Part shown: positions 37,530 through 52,169 of the stretch, one piece after another | Layout of the letters: each line of letters begins with the position of its first letter | Numbering within the stretch: the stretch's first letter is position 1 | Assembly (NCBI GenBank): GCA_028534125.1 | Contig: CM052817.1 | Location: 17,734,001 to 17,798,000, forward strand | DNA length: 64,000 nucleotides | Direction of reading: 5' to 3' | Source: Lama glama | Lineage: Eukaryota | Made by a program: the position numbers and the translations under genes | Notes under the pieces: generated by a model | Databases searched by the model: none | What the model was told of the DNA's origin: nothing | The model's input: the letters and a program-made list of their open reading frames with translations, nothing else

Positions 37530-39390
37530 GTATGCTTTAGAAACCTTCCAGTGACCCCAAGGTCATGGGTAGAATGAACGCTCATGATTCTATATTTAAT
37601 TATCACATATTTTAAGATATTTTAATATTTAGATTGCAAATGTGGATATAGGTTTAATGCAAGTATTTTTTGTTTTAAAAAACCACATATCACAAGCTTG
37701 AGTGATTTCTTAAAATTTTTTTTCTTTTTCTTCTTTTCCTTTTTGAGATATGGTTATAGGAGAACTGGGGTAGATATTTTCCCTAGATTTTAATAGTTTG
37801 GGGCTATAATTTCTTTGACCGAATAGTTCAGGGATTATTCATGTGCTAGTCTGTAATTATATTTCTGGTTTACATCATAGACTAGTTTCTCTGCAGTGCT
37901 GTCATTTTGTGGTAGCTTAAACAGGAAGTAATTGGATAAATTCTTCAGTTGAGATATTAATTTGACCAAAATAATTTTTACTTGGACCATTAATAGTTTG
38001 CTTTTTTTCTTTTACAAAGAATTTTTACTGAGAGGAAAATGAGTGATTATTAGTTGTGTGATTATTGTTTTATACGTATGCAATTAATCCTTTATGTGTT
38101 TGTGGTATGTAGTCCCACTGTTACTTGTGGTTGCTAGTAGCGGTAATTCTAGGCTTCACATTACCCACCTAACCATCAGATCTTTTAAGGTTTTTATGTT
38201 CATAGCATTTTATTTGAGTGATATAGTCAAAACCACTTCTTAATTATTCAGAACCTTGGAAACTTCCTAAGTTTGTACCGTGTACTTGCTACCAAGTGTT
38301 TTCTTAAGGGTGGTGGAAGTGAATCAACCCAGGAAGAATGCTGAGTTTATTAATGTTACATTAGATTCAGAATTCTTTATCTTTTAGGTAATGAAGGAAA
38401 ATATATTGGGAAGATAAAGATTAAATCATGGGTGTATAAATTTAATAGAAATACACTTGTATAGTCTGTAATTTTTATCACTTAGGCTACCTTATGTTAA
38501 GATCATTTTGTCATGTCAGCAGTTAAATTCTTAATGGAATTTAGTTATTAAACCTAAGACAAAACTGCTTTATACTAAATTGTAAACTATAATAATAGTG
38601 GTCTAGTTAAGTTCAAGGTGAAGTCAACTACCTATTAATCAAGTTGAACTAGGTATTTTATGTCGAATACAACAGAATTTTTCCTCCAAAAAGATCTTTT
38701 CTGATATGAGTTGGAGATGATATTTATACATAGTTTACAATGTATAGATATAGTTCTCTGTAATAGTTGCCACCTCAACTTAAAAAAATCCTTTTAGCAT
38801 AGCACTTGGGCATCTGTTTTAATGCCACAGAGGATTCTTGATGTACAGCCAGAGGTGGGAGGGAACTCCTTTCCCTTTGAAAGAGTTGTAGCTTAGTGGT
38901 TAAGAGCTCAGATTCTGTGGCCAGCCAACCTGTGTTTCAGATCTGGCAATACTTTGTTTTGACAGGTTGTAAGGATGATGTGGGAAAAATATAAATTCAT
39001 ATATTAAAAATAGAATACCATAAGCATATAATTTATATATTGCATTTTATGTATGTGTGTATGTATGTATATATACATATAAATAAGTGATACACATGCT
39101 TAGTGCAGGATTGAGCATGCAAGAAGTCAGTGTTAGATTAACAGTGGTGGTAATTATTAAATGCCAGATCAGGAACCTCTTTTTGGGGGGTATGATGCTA
39201 TTACATTTTTTCTTATCCTGAGTCTCATACTTTCTTTTATGATCTTCCTAGAGTTGAATAAAAAGTCATTCTTTGCTGATGTTTTCAAATATTTGAGCTT
39301 TTCCTCATCAGTAAAAGAAGGTGGCCACTAGAGACTGGTAATGTACCTGTGGTCCTCTTATCCTGCTAGGTAGGTTTGTGTGTCCTCTAA

Positions 39391-40135
39391 AGCTGTGTTT
39401 TTCAAATTGCAGGTTTCAACCCATTCATTAGTGGATCAAGAAATTGATTTATTGTGTTATTATCAGCATTAAGACATGTATTATAATAGAAAATAAAATA
39501 TCAGTGCAGTGAATGTAAAAAGGAGTACTTTTTTAAACTTCTGTTTCATTTTTTAAAAATACGAAATACACAAAATATATACACATCTATATATATGTTG
39601 ATTGGATTTAGTTCCACTAAAGTGTATGCCTGCCATGTCGCAGATGTCCCTCAGAAGTGGTATTAGTTCTATGTTGTTTTGCTTTGCTGAGAAGTGATCA
39701 GGATAGGTTCCAGTCTGTGGCTTCTAATGGTACATATCATACTCTCTGTGTTGCCTTCAAGGATACCCCTACCATCCTTTCCATTTGAAGTGAAGGTTAT
39801 TACAGGAGAATTATCTGAGGAGTGGAGAAGAAAAGGAGAACATAATAGCTGCAGCTTTTGAGCAGCATTAACCAAGTCCGTTTTATCCAGCTGAGTAATC
39901 CAGTATACTGCCCCTTGGCATGCATTCTGGTGTTAATCAACTCAGTGGTTTTCAAACTGCCAGTGGCAGCCATTCTGGAGTCAGTTTAATAAGTTGCTGC
40001 CTCTCCTTTCCCCATCCCATTAAATGAAGCAGAAAAGAACAGAATAGGAAAATGTCATGAATGTGTCACACAATGAAGTTTTGTAAAACTTATGTTTCTA
40101 GGATATGTGCGCGTACTGGATTGCAAACCTAAGTT
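39391..40135. mobile_element. Two nearby hAT-Charlie-type MITE relics (~39391-39650 and ~39943-40135)
   Basis: Both begin (C)(A/T)GTG(G/T)TTTTCAAA(C/T)TG and share AATAGAAAAT...ATCAG / TAGGAAAATGTCA and AAACTT(C/A)TGTTTC motifs. Subfamily not resolved. Confidence 0.55.
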
Positions 40136-42564
40136 CTAGTAATGCTCAACTGGGAAACTGGGAAACTCAATCTTATCAATCTATATTGCCAACTGCTCTC
40201 AGCCAGAGAAGACTTCAGATACCTAAAACAGGATTATTAGCTCAGTAGTTTTATCTCTGATGGAAGGGAACAGTTAATTAGCTATGAAACCTTGTTTTTT
40301 GTTGTGTTATTGGGGGGGGTGCGTGCACACACGCGCACATGCTTGCCCTGATAAACACTTTAAAGGCTCATGGGTAAGAAATTTATAGTATTTCCTAGTT
40401 GCAGAGGAATTTCTTTGCATTGATTAAGGTGACCTGTGCAATGAAAACGTGCAAAAACGTGATGATACACACTAAAACCCACCTACTGCATTTTCCCCGT
40501 TCCTTCTATCTTAGGACTTTTTCATTAATTGGTACTTCTTTAATTGAGAAGTTAAATATGAAGTTTAATGTTGCAAAAAAACCCCCATAAATCAGATATG
40601 TTTCAAGTATTTAAGGTGGTCAAATGTTAGAGCTTCTGTTTTTGTGAGGATTTTGATAATATTTAAAATATTATTTTTCTTGGATTCGTACCTCTGCATA
40701 TTACAGTGTCCTCATAACAGCAGACACTTGCTTTATAGATTTATTGAATATGATCACAGAGTTTCTGGTGGATTATTAAAAAATAAAACTTCTATGTAGG
40801 GCAGTGTCAGCATATGTGTGTTTTAAGATTGTGTTTGAAATACAGGTTCTTCCTCCCTAGAAAACAGGAGAATGAAGACTTCTGGTAAATTGTTTCATAG
40901 CAATGGAATTTGTACATTAGTTTTCTACACTTGGGAGTTGAAAAGTGGAAAAAATCTTTGCCAAAATAAGAGGTTAAAAGATAATAAGCACAATTCATCT
41001 TTCTCTCCAAGTTTTAGAAATTGAGTCAGACATATATAGTTCCTGCTCTGAATTGACTGTAAGATACTAAACTTAGAAATGATCTTTTAAAAGAAGGTAT
41101 GCAAAGCAGCCCCCAACCCCGCACACCAGTGGGTTAACTACTTTCGGGATGGATGCTTGCTTGTCTTTGCATCAGTGAGTACAGACACAATGTTGCTAGT
41201 GATGCAGGCAGAGAACAGGAACCTGTGGATTCAGAGAATGGGAGAGTTGACTCTCTTTCGTCTGTTACTGTTTCCCCAAGCTCCTCTAGCCACTGTCTAG
41301 TCGTGGTCTTCTCCCAGACTGTCCAACTCTTCCTACCAGTATCGATAGCACTGCTTGGCTTTTCATCATTATTTGTCGTGTTTACTCCCGGCTTCGTCAC
41401 TCTGCCTCATGCTGCTATCCTGCTGAGTGCAGGGTTTCATGTTTTCACCTTACTGGCATTTGTTTCTTCACAACTGTGTCCCATTTACTTTGGTCATCAG
41501 CACGAGAGCAACCTGTCATCTTTTTCTTGCAGAGATTTTTTTCCTCCTAAAATGTAGTTTAAAAGGAAACTACATTCTAGTTTAGTTGGCCCAGAACCAA
41601 GATCAGTGGCCAAAGGCATAACCCCAATCACACATCTAGGTTTTGAAGTAAGCACATTTCATAAATTACTATGTTAATTATTAGATATGGCTCCAGTATG
41701 CATTTGGTTACTAGAAACTCAAAAACACCCTCTAAGAATGAAGATTAACTGCTTTGAAAGTATTTTAAAAGATATTTTAGATTCTGATGATAATAAAAGG
41801 TTTAAAAAATCTTTTGAGTAAATGGTAGTATTAGAATTAGCCCCCTTCTCTGACTAATTTGTATTTCATTACTTTGAGAAACAATAGTATTTTGCATGTC
41901 TTTGGGATCTGGGGTATCTAATAAAAGAGTACTTTGGAACCCATCTCAAGCATGAACCTAATTGAAAAGTGGAATATGCTGTGTCAGTAATTGTTGTGAA
42001 AATCAGAAAATCTCTTTTGAAAAATACAATGAAGTTGGCTGATCTTGTTCTGTTGAACTGTTAGGGGGTTATGGGGAAAATGTGTAGATGAGCAGGAAGA
42101 TGTGGATGCCTTCTTTCCTGGGAATGCTGAACTTGCTGCATCCGTGAGGAGTGCAGCTTCGGTTATGGAGCCCAGGTGGCCCTGAGCTAGGGTCCTACAG
42201 TCCAGCTGCTCACGAGTGAGCTCTGCGAGGCGCCCACAGCTGCGGAGGAGGGCACTGCAAATGGAGTGATGGCAGCTTTAGCCGACCCCGACACGTCTGC
42301 CGGTGCTGCTCTACCAGCTAGTAGGGCAACTTGTCATCTTTAAAAACGATGACTGAAAATGTGCTACTTTAGCAGATGGTGTTCAGAAAGGACAAGTGCC
42401 TCCTTTTCCCCTGCCCCATAGTTATTTGTTGTAAGGAATCCTGTGGATTTCCTGGGGAGGGGGATAGGACAGAAAACGTTTTCAAAGCGTTTATTTTGAT
42501 TGAGTGCTTTTGTGTTTTATCACAGTAATGGGTAGATGATGGTGATTCAAAATGTAGGTAGAAG

Positions 42565-42696
42565 GGATTAGGTAATACTCCATGGTAGAGTGACTGCTTA
42601 GCATGCATGAAGTCCTGGGTTCAATACCTAGTACCTCCACTAAAATAATAAATAAATAAATACATACGTATGTACATACATGCATGCATCCTTTAA
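42565..42696 (+). mobile_element. Camelid tRNA-derived SINE (Vic-1-like), diverged
   Basis: TGGTAGAGTGACTGCTTAGCATGCATGAAGTCCTGGGTTCAATACCTAGTACCTCC plus (TAAA)n/(TACA)n tail. TSD AAAATGTA(G/T)GTAGAAG at 42549-42564 and 42697-42712. Confidence 0.88.
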
Positions 42697-45600
42697 AAAA
42701 TGTATGTAGAAGTGCTGGTGGTAGCAGCTAGGCAGCTAGATTAATTAAGTACATGAAATTTAATTTTATTAAAATTCTTTTATTCAGATTCCTGTGAAAA
42801 AACTTCTGTGAGTGAGAAATTCTAGCCTAGGGACTGGGCAGAGGCAGGTAACAAATATATAAAACAAGTGTGACTTGGAGCAGATAAAATCCACTGAAAG
42901 CATTCACTTTTGAAATAAAAGCTGTAGTTTCCTCTGCAGGGAGCCAATTTCCAGTCTTCCCTCCCCACCCCCCATCCCCACATTATTTACATTTTATTTT
43001 GTCGACTTCTGTATCCTCAGCCCCAGGACAGTGACTAGTCATAGCAGGTATTTAGCAAATATTTGTTGAATGAATTAACTTTTTGATAGTATTAGATTCT
43101 TAAGACATACATCTGTCCTCTCCTGGCAGAACAGGCCTTTCTCTTATTTAATATCAATGTTTTAATTTAGAAATGGAGAGAATGAGTGGGTACGTAAGGA
43201 AGTACTCTTATTTTGAGATGATCTTAATATGTACAATTTTGTCATTTGTTAGCTCTTTAGTGAGTTGGGGTTTGTAAATCTAAAGGCCAAGAAAATCTGT
43301 ATATGTAATAATAGCTAGCATTTTAGCAGGTACAGCTTTTACAAAATGCCCCTCTCCACGTATTTTAGTGGATTACTTCAGTCTTCAGCCAGCTCTCCAG
43401 GTTTTTACACTTAACTTTCCTATTTTACAAATGTGGAAACTGAAGCTCTAGAATAACTATGAGAGGGCTGGAGGTTTTTTTTTTTTTTTGGTTTTTTTTG
43501 ATTAGAGCAATTCAGTAGATTTTTTCACAATGGGAGATATCCAAGTATGAGATTTTTTTATAGGGAAAGAAGCTATGCTCCTATCTCACAGAAGAAAAGC
43601 TCTGTATTTGAAGTAAAACATTTCCATACTTGGAATTGACCAGATTTGGTTTGTTAGGAGGCGGACAGTTGCCCTTTTATGGCCACTAGACACTCCATTG
43701 CTCTCTTTTATGTCTCCTCAACTTAGTGACTGTAACACTTCTTCAAGCAGTCTTTTCTCCTTTTTTACTGACCTCTTCCACTCTGACGTTCTCTTCTTTT
43801 TTTTTTTTCTAACACTCACCTCTCCTTCTCCCTCATTTACATGCAACCTGAGCAAATGAGAACATTAACTCTAAATTCCTACTATTTAGAATAATATGTG
43901 AACAGTGCTTTTGAGTCTGAGAACCTGGCAACCCAAGTGAGAAATGAGGATGCTATGAAAATAGCATAGAATGTAGGTCCTAGGAAGTTGTCCAAGAGTG
44001 AAGAGGGCTGACCCAGGACAAAGTAGTATTCCTCTTTCAGAATAAACAGTTTGTTGAGTATAATGCCTGACTAGCAGGCTTAATTTCTTGAGGAATACTA
44101 GGACCCAATCAAGGCATCGGTGGATAACCAGAAAAAAAAAATCAAAAGTTAGAATGACTCTCCTTTGACTTTAATTTTCATTCCAAAGTTCAAATTTATA
44201 CTTAGAATGAAGGATTTAATTTCAGTCTTAAACTATCCTTCATACCTAGGAGACACTACCATTTAAAGAGCCCAGGGAGTTAATTTGTTAACAGCATCAT
44301 TAATATTTGCTTATACACAATAGGTCTTATATTAGCTTTTGATTCTTGTTATTATAAAAAAATTGCCTGGGTGAAATTGCTAAAGACTTGCTCCTGGTGT
44401 ATGCAAGTTTTCCTAACAATTAGTTTTAGACTCAACGAAACTACATAAAAGAACATAAACTTCTAAGGACCTCTTTTCAGCTGTATTGTTTGTAGCCCCA
44501 TTTAGATCTTGATACCACTTCTTAATAGAATCTGTCAACACTGTGGGTTATCACTTTTTTGAAGTGTCAGCATGCCTCATTAAAGTACATTGCTATTGTG
44601 GACCAACAGCAGTTATCTATAGCATGGTATCTTTGCAGGGCATTCTTCATGGGAAAAGTAGATAGTTTCATTAAGGTGAGAAAATTAATCATCATTTTAG
44701 CTCTTTGGACTTGGTAAAATTAATTCCTTTTTTCTCCTCATTATAGAATTTGTGACGTTAGTACCAGCTCATTTGGTGGACAGTTTGTAATTTTTTCCTC
44801 TATTGTAGAAAATAACTTATTAGACATTTCAGATCAGTTTGTTCATAATCATTGGTTAATTCAAAATTGTTGGTCTAAATAATTAAGAACTATGATTTCA
44901 TGACAGTTTTTTGCTTTAGTGTCTTTTTTTGACAGATGACTTGCCGTTATTATAGTTCATTTGTTTGGTGAGCATATACTGTATACAGACTTGTATTTGA
45001 AAACGTGATGTTAATATTATGTGCAGTTGAGTCAACCTTAATGTGAATTATACAAGCATATAGCTTTGGATGTATTTCTCTAACATACGCTTCTGATATT
45101 AAAAGAAAATTTGTCCAGCATGAAAGTTATGGCCCTACCCCCAAAAAATCCCTGGTGCCTCTCCAGTTTATTATGGGAACAGGTTGGCATTTTCTTCATT
45201 ACTGGGATACTTCTAATTCTTTAAAGGCTCTGGATTTGACTAATCGCTATAGAGTTGTTAAAACAATCAGATTTTCCTGGTTTACTTAACTTTATGGCAT
45301 TGTTTCATATTCCCTAGTTGGATTAGTACAGCATTTCATCTTTGAGAGTCAATAGTTCTGGTTTGCTGAGAAATAGTTTACAGGTTAAGAAGTTGTTTTT
45401 CTAAAACATTTAAATAAATTTTCACGTGACAGGTGGTTTGTTTAATGAAAAAATCAAACAGGCATTAATTTATCAGTGAAGTAGAGGGGGAAATGTCAAT
45501 ATTTTGTGAAGGCAAAGAAGATACATGGTTCAAACACTAGAGCGTGGCTTCCTTATATATTTATATATAATCTTCAACCTTAGTAATGATCAGTGTGTAA

Positions 45601-48529
45601 TCAGAAGTAGGGGAAAGCCCTACCTTATGACTTTTTGAGCTCTAGTTTTCCCTTCTAAATGTGAAATAATGCCTGTCTCAGGATTGTTAATGAGAGTTAA
45701 ATGAGAACGTATATAAGCAGATGTATTCTGTTTGTTGCTATGTGCTTGTCTGTGGAATCGGGGAGTGGAGATATAGATAATTTGGGAATGCTCTTGACAG
45801 CATTCGCCAATGAATTGCTTGTGATGGAAGGCAAAAATGAGGGGGGAAGTTCAGTAATACTAGTACAGCAGAGAAGAGAGACCACATGTCTTTAGGGAAT
45901 GTGCATGTGTGGAAGTTGGTGAGAGAATGTTAAAAATTAAGTTGCTACGTTGAAGCAGCTCACCTTCAAAGGAAAACTGTTCCCCTCCTATTTTCTAGTT
46001 TGACAGTCTGATGTAGGGCAGTTGACTAGCCAATTAACTAGTAAATTAACTAACACCACAACAGCTTTGCAGTTTGCGTAGTTTAAAGTCAGCACAGCGA
46101 AATACCAAGTAAATATACAGCATGAGTGGCCCAAGCTGTGACTGTTAAGGCTGTACCTGTTTGAGTCTTGCCTTGTTTTCCTCACTGTCGCTGTCAGACT
46201 CCCAAGGCTTTTGCCGCCTGTTCTAGTGCTTTACTCCAGGTTACCGATGATCTATACTTTTAGTCACTTCTCAGTGATTCTCAATTCAGAATCTTTCTTT
46301 TGCCTGTGCCGAGCCAAGTCTCCTCAGAAGATTGTGGAATTATTAGGCTGCCTGTAGTACCACCCACCCCATGCAAAGCAGTTTGCCCATCAAATTTCCT
46401 ACCGTCAACTTCTGTGCCCTGTGCTGTGTATTCCCCTTGCAGAGCCCCGCGGCCCCTTGTGAGGCTTGCATGAGCAGATACCAGCTGCTGGGCCTGCTCC
46501 TTTGGTCCTAGCAGTGTATGAAAGTAGCATGACAGGTTAATGGCTCAGATACACTTTGGCAGAAAGCCATTCATAAGCTTTGCATTGTGGTTAAGACCAC
46601 TTCTTCACAGTGGTTTTTGGCTTTACCACAAATATAGGTTTGATTATTGTAATATGACATATGATAACAGAAAGTTAAGTTACAGTTCAAAAGAAATGTA
46701 TTGTTTTGGATATAAACACTCAGGCAGAAAGGCATTTCCTTATTCATGCAATGGTGTTATAAAAAACGTTCTGGAAATCTTTTCTTCCCCGTTCTGAACA
46801 TAAGAATTTTGATCATTTTGTTATTTTTGTTTATTAAGTATTCTCCCTTCACTGCCCTATTTTGCATGTTTTAAAATGATAATTGACATCTTTTGTTTTT
46901 TTCCCTTAGGATCAGGCTTCTTTGAAACAGTTTACCTCCTTATAAACCTAAATCATACCCTTTGCTTTATGAATTAGACCTTATTTGGGCTATACATCCA
47001 TAAATGTTCTGGTCTGCATTATTTAAAAGGAAAATGAAAGGCAGCCAGACTGATGAATTTAAATACTTTAGAATTCCAAATTATGTGTTAGAGGTTGGCT
47101 GTTTAAGAAACTGGCCAAAAATAGTTTGATGGAGGTTGGGGCTGGTATTGTGTATTCATAGTTTTTACCAACAGAAAACTGAAGAAGTCTGTGTATTCTT
47201 GGTCCTTTTCAACTCAAAAAAAAAATGTACTTCGCAGAATTAGAATTGATAGTATAAACACTAGTCATGAGCAATGTAACATATTGTTTTTGTGCAGGGC
47301 ATATGCAAGAATAATTGTCAAATTTTTGACATTTATGTGCACATGTGTGCCTGTTTATGTACATGTATGCAGTAGTAGAGGTATGGCTCCCACAGCAGGT
47401 GTCTTTAGGTTTCCTGATTTTTATGTTTTTATAGCTCTAGAAAACAATTTTTTCACTTTCTAGTAATCAAAGAAAAATTTATCCTTTACCTTTATAAAAA
47501 TTAGTCAGTAGCTGAAATATTGGGAGGGTAATGAAAAAAGTTATTCTCAGATTTTTTGTTGACCCCTCACTGAAGCAAAGCAAGTGTATACTACATCATA
47601 GAAGGTTTTAGGATCAGGTAGTGTACTTTACAGCATGTCATAAAAATTCATGCCCTGGGTACCCTCTTCACGTGTTAGTATCCAGAATTGAACTGTAATT
47701 AAATTCTGACACAGAGTATTTGGAAAATCATGGACATTATACTCTTGTTACATTTTGAACCAAATTTACCACTGTGTGAACTTGGGCAGGGTAGTTTCTC
47801 AGCCGATTTCCTCATCTGTGTAATGAGGATAATAGCACCTACCTTAATAAGACTGATACATGTTTGAAGTGAAATGTGCATGCATAGCATGTAGCCTCAT
47901 GTTGCTGTTGTGGTGTGTTCTGTATGGATAGGGACCATGTTTCTTATTTGCTGTTGTATGTTCCAAGTGTCTGCTGCAGTGCCTGCATACAATAGGCACT
48001 GAAATGTGTGTTAAATGATTAAAGACCAAACAAAGGAATGAGAACGTGGGGAAAAAATTATGCTGTTCTCTCTCCTTCCTCTTCATCTTGGTTTTAGTTG
48101 AGATAGGCAAAGGAAGCCAGTTCAAAAATTAACAGTAGGAACATTCTAATCCTAGTACACAGTCAGCATTTTCCCATGACACTGCATAATTAGTAGTTTT
48201 TAAAAAATGCATATTCTTGTGATAGATGATTTGCCAAACAGAGGACCACAGTTGATCCTAATTTTTTGCTTACTAAGTAGGGGAGAAGATTGTTGGAAAT
48301 TTTGATCTGCTATTTGGATGGAGAGAAGACCAGTTTTCTCAGGACTTATATCCTTATACTAGCTTTTCTTGGTATGAAATACATACATTCTGAAACGGTA
48401 CAGCCAACGACTAGAAATCATTGCTTTCTAAGATTTTGATGTTAAAATAAAATTTGAAGATAATAGGAGTAAAATCTAGGGAAGAGCTTTTTTCCCAAAA
48501 CTGATCATTCATTCAAAAATTTTAAATAT

Positions 48530-49012
48530 TTATATATCTAGAAATATATACAGAAAAGCAAAGCACACAAATCATAAATGTGCAATAAATTAAATTTTCA
48601 TAAAGTGAATATACATGTGTGACCATCACACAGACGAAGAATATTTCTAGCTCTTCAGGAGCCCTTCTTACAGCCCCTCCTGTCGGCACCCTCCTCCCAG
48701 CGGTAGCCTGTATCTTGGTAAATACTGTAGATTCATTTTGCTTTTTAAAATTTTTTTAATTTTATATAAATAGAATCTTTTTTTTGTACCTTTTTGAATC
48801 TGGCTTCTTTTGCTAGTAACCAACACTACTGAATTTGTAATGATTGTTCATTTTCGTTGCTGAATAAGACTCTGTTGTCTAATTCTGTGATTTATCTAAT
48901 GCTTCGGCAGTGGTCATTTGGGTTTCTGATTTGGGGTTATTATGTCTGATGATGCTGTGGAGATTCTTATTCATGTCTTTTGGTACACATTTCTTCACAT
49001 TTGTAGGGGTAT
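48530..49012 (-). mobile_element. Old L1M (L1ME-type) 3' fragment
   Basis: ATACAGAAAAG...CACAAATCATAAATGTGCAA...TTTTCATAAAGTGAATATACATGTGTGACCATCAC. Confidence 0.7.
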
Positions 49013-49948
49013 AGAATTTTTACGCCTTTTGAACATCAGCAGTAATAATCTCAAGTCAACAAGCATATACTTTAAACTGTTGCCAAAGGTCTAGCAGTTT
49101 TACTGTTTTCTCAGGTGTACTTTTATTAATGAAAAGTCCTGAGCCTTCAGGTACCACCTAATTGCATGGTGTCGATTCTGAGACTGTTCCATTCTACAGG
49201 CTGAACCAGGATTAATTTAGGGAGAGGCCCACTGAGCCTAACTTTTACTGGGAAATATTTCTTTACTCATATTTTCTTCCTATGACGGAAGCATACATAC
49301 AATGCCTGGCCTCTCTCCACCAATTTTAATCCTTTGATTCCTCATCAGTTGCTTGGAAATTTTTATTTGTAGGGTGTTAGGACTCTATATTGAGTCCAGC
49401 TTTAAAATTGCAAGGTCTTCTGGCTTAGTAGGTTTTTTTTAAAACTGAAAATTACCTATTTTTCCATAGTTTGTTAATTCTGTGGAAGCAGTTCTCTGAG
49501 AGGCCTTGTGAAATGTTAACTTATTTATCTTCCTCGTATCTTTCCTCACTAAAAGTGTCCTCTCTGCTATAGCCAAGCTTCCCTACCAGAAATCATTGAT
49601 GGTCACTTTTGGGGATCTGACCTATCTTAGTGCCAAACACCTGTCCTGAAGAGTGGTTAGCAGGTAACTGGACCCCTTCCCAGAGAAATGTACTATATGC
49701 AAAATGTTGCATATATTTTCAAGAAGAGAACCCAAGGAGAACAGGTGATGGAATCCTGTTATAGATGGTTATACCTTATGGCTTTCTAAATTCCATTTTA
49801 GATAAGGGGAAAAAATGTCTTTTCTACTTTTGTTACTCTTCCTTTCCCATTCCCATTCCCTTTTTCTTCCCCTTTCTCGCCTCTCCTCTCCTTTCCTTTT
49901 TTTAAAAAAGCTTTACTAGGGTTGGAAGAAGGAACATTTCAAAAGATT

Positions 49949-50650
49949 TTTTGGGGGTGTATACCCAGAGGTGGAATTGATGGATCCTGTAGTAAATGTA
50001 CATTTAATATTGCCATACTAATTTCTACAGTGGCTACACCATTCTATTTTACTTTCACTAGCAAGGTACAAGAGTTCTGATTTCCCCACATCCTCACCAA
50101 CACTTGTTATTTTCAATAATAGTCATCCTGATGGGTACGGAGTGGTATCATTATGGCTTTGATTTGCATTTCCCTTATAATTAGTTATGTTGAGTTTCTT
50201 TTATGTGCTGATGAGCCATTCATATATTTCTTAAAGATATATATATCTTCTGTCTGTTCACATCCTTTGCCTGTTTTTAAATCAGGTTTTCAAGGTTTTT
50301 TGTTCTTGAATTATAATAGTTCTTTTTTTTTAATTGAAGTATAGTCGATTTACAATGTTGTGTTAGTTTCTGGCATACAGCATAGTGATTCAGATAAATA
50401 TATATATATATATTTCTTTTCATATTATTCTTCATTATAGGTTATTACAAGGTATTGAATATAGTTCCCTGTGCTATACAGTAGTACCTTGTTGTTTATC
50501 TGTTTTATATATAGTATGTATTATCTGTAAATCCTGAACTCCCAATTTATTCCTCTCCCCTTCCCCCCATAACCATAAGTTTATTTTTTATGTCTGTGTA
50601 GGAGTTCTTTACATATTCTGGATCTTATTAATCTCTTATGATATGTGTGA
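49949..50650 (-). mobile_element. L1M ORF2-end fragment with a younger L1 3' end (~50322-50598) nested in it
   Basis: ATACCCAGAGGTGGAATTG...CCACATCCTCACCAACACTTGTTA. Nested piece TTTTTAATTGAAGTATAGTCGATTTACAATGTTGTG...ATAGTTCCCTGTGCTATACAGTAG. Confidence 0.82.
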
Positions 50651-52169
50651 TTAATTATACTTATTTTTACAGGCCTATAAATATGTATTTGTTTTAAGGG
50701 GTTTATTTCAGTTTTACCATATTGCTGTAAATATCACTCAGTAACCCAGCCCTGAAGGAGTAAAGGTGTTTCATCAAGTGTTTACTCAGTGCCTAGAACT
50801 CTTTTAGGTGCTGTACACTTAGGAACCTTTTAAATTTTTGAAAGAATCCTATATGGACATACTTTTATCTGTGTTTTCAGTTGAGAAAACTGAAATACAG
50901 AGAGTTTAATTAACTTCCACTAATTTGCATTTAAGGTGGAATTTGAATTTAAGCAACCCAGTCCCTGAGTCCATGCCCTTACCACAATACATGGCTGCCT
51001 CTTTCATGACTTGTTTTTGTGACAGGCTTTTTGTGTGCTCTCATCAGATGACACTTTTCACCTCTTAAATACTGCCTTAAGGGAGTGTATGAGATCAAGT
51101 GAGGTGTCTGAAGGAGTTCTTAGCAAAAGTTGAATTCTTAGCAAAAACTAAATAGACGGTTTTAAGATTGGAACTTCTTTAAAGTTCTTTAGATTGTATT
51201 GTATTTTCGTTTGTGGAAGTACATGTTTTCCATAAGGGTGTAAATTTCTTTATTTGAGTCTGGCATATTTTTTTCTAAAATGTTTCAGCTAGTAAAATTG
51301 TACTGAGACAATTTTGGGGTGTAAATTCTTAACTTACATGCCTTTCTCTGTTTTTATTTTAAGCCACCTGTATTCTAAACTTGTTGTGAGTGGCCTTAAT
51401 TGATACTTAGATATTGCAATTTTATTTTGCTGTTTACCTAAGCCAAACTTAGTAATTAATGAAACAAGTCAAATTATACAATGCATTCTAGAGCAAAATA
51501 GAATTTTTGCTGCTGCCCGTTAGCACTAATAATTGTGTGTAGGGGGGGTATGTATGTGTGTGTTGTTTTATCTATGCACTTGGGTAGGGAGTATGAAAAT
51601 GTACATCTCATTTCCTCATCCAACAGGATAGTTTTTTTTGGGGTGGAAGAGAGTGATGTATATGGGCATGACTGGGAGGTGCTCTGTGTAACCAGCACTC
51701 TTCCTTATTGTACACATGTATTTAAAATTTTTTGTTAATACGAAGGATGCTCTATTGAATATCTTTCTATATGAATTTTTGCATAGTCACAAATTGTCCA
51801 CCCATGTAATAAATTTCCAGAATAGAAATGGCTAGGAATTCAAAGAAATGAGCATTTTAATTATAATTATAATATTACCAAATGTCTTCAAAAAAGATTG
51901 CACAAATTGAAACTCCCAACAGTGCATGAAAGTTCCTGTTTCTCCACTTGTACACCAGCACTGGGTATTATCAAACTTCAAATCTACAGCAAGCGATTCT
52001 TAAAAGACTGACATGAGAACATAAGAGATATGCCAGGAAGCTGTCCCTAGAGTCTCTTACGTGTCACCTCCAATGAATGTTTTTTAATAGGTTTGTCACC
52101 ACCAGGTTCTATGGCAAGCAGGGTCAGGCCAGTAGCTTGATCAGGAGGTTAGTGCTTCTCTGATTGTGG

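Noticed and set aside
41134..41557. Overlapping 134-aa (+) and 88-aa (-) ORFs
   Set aside because: No recognisable homology or splice context. It could be a decayed transposon piece, but I cannot support an assignment without a search.
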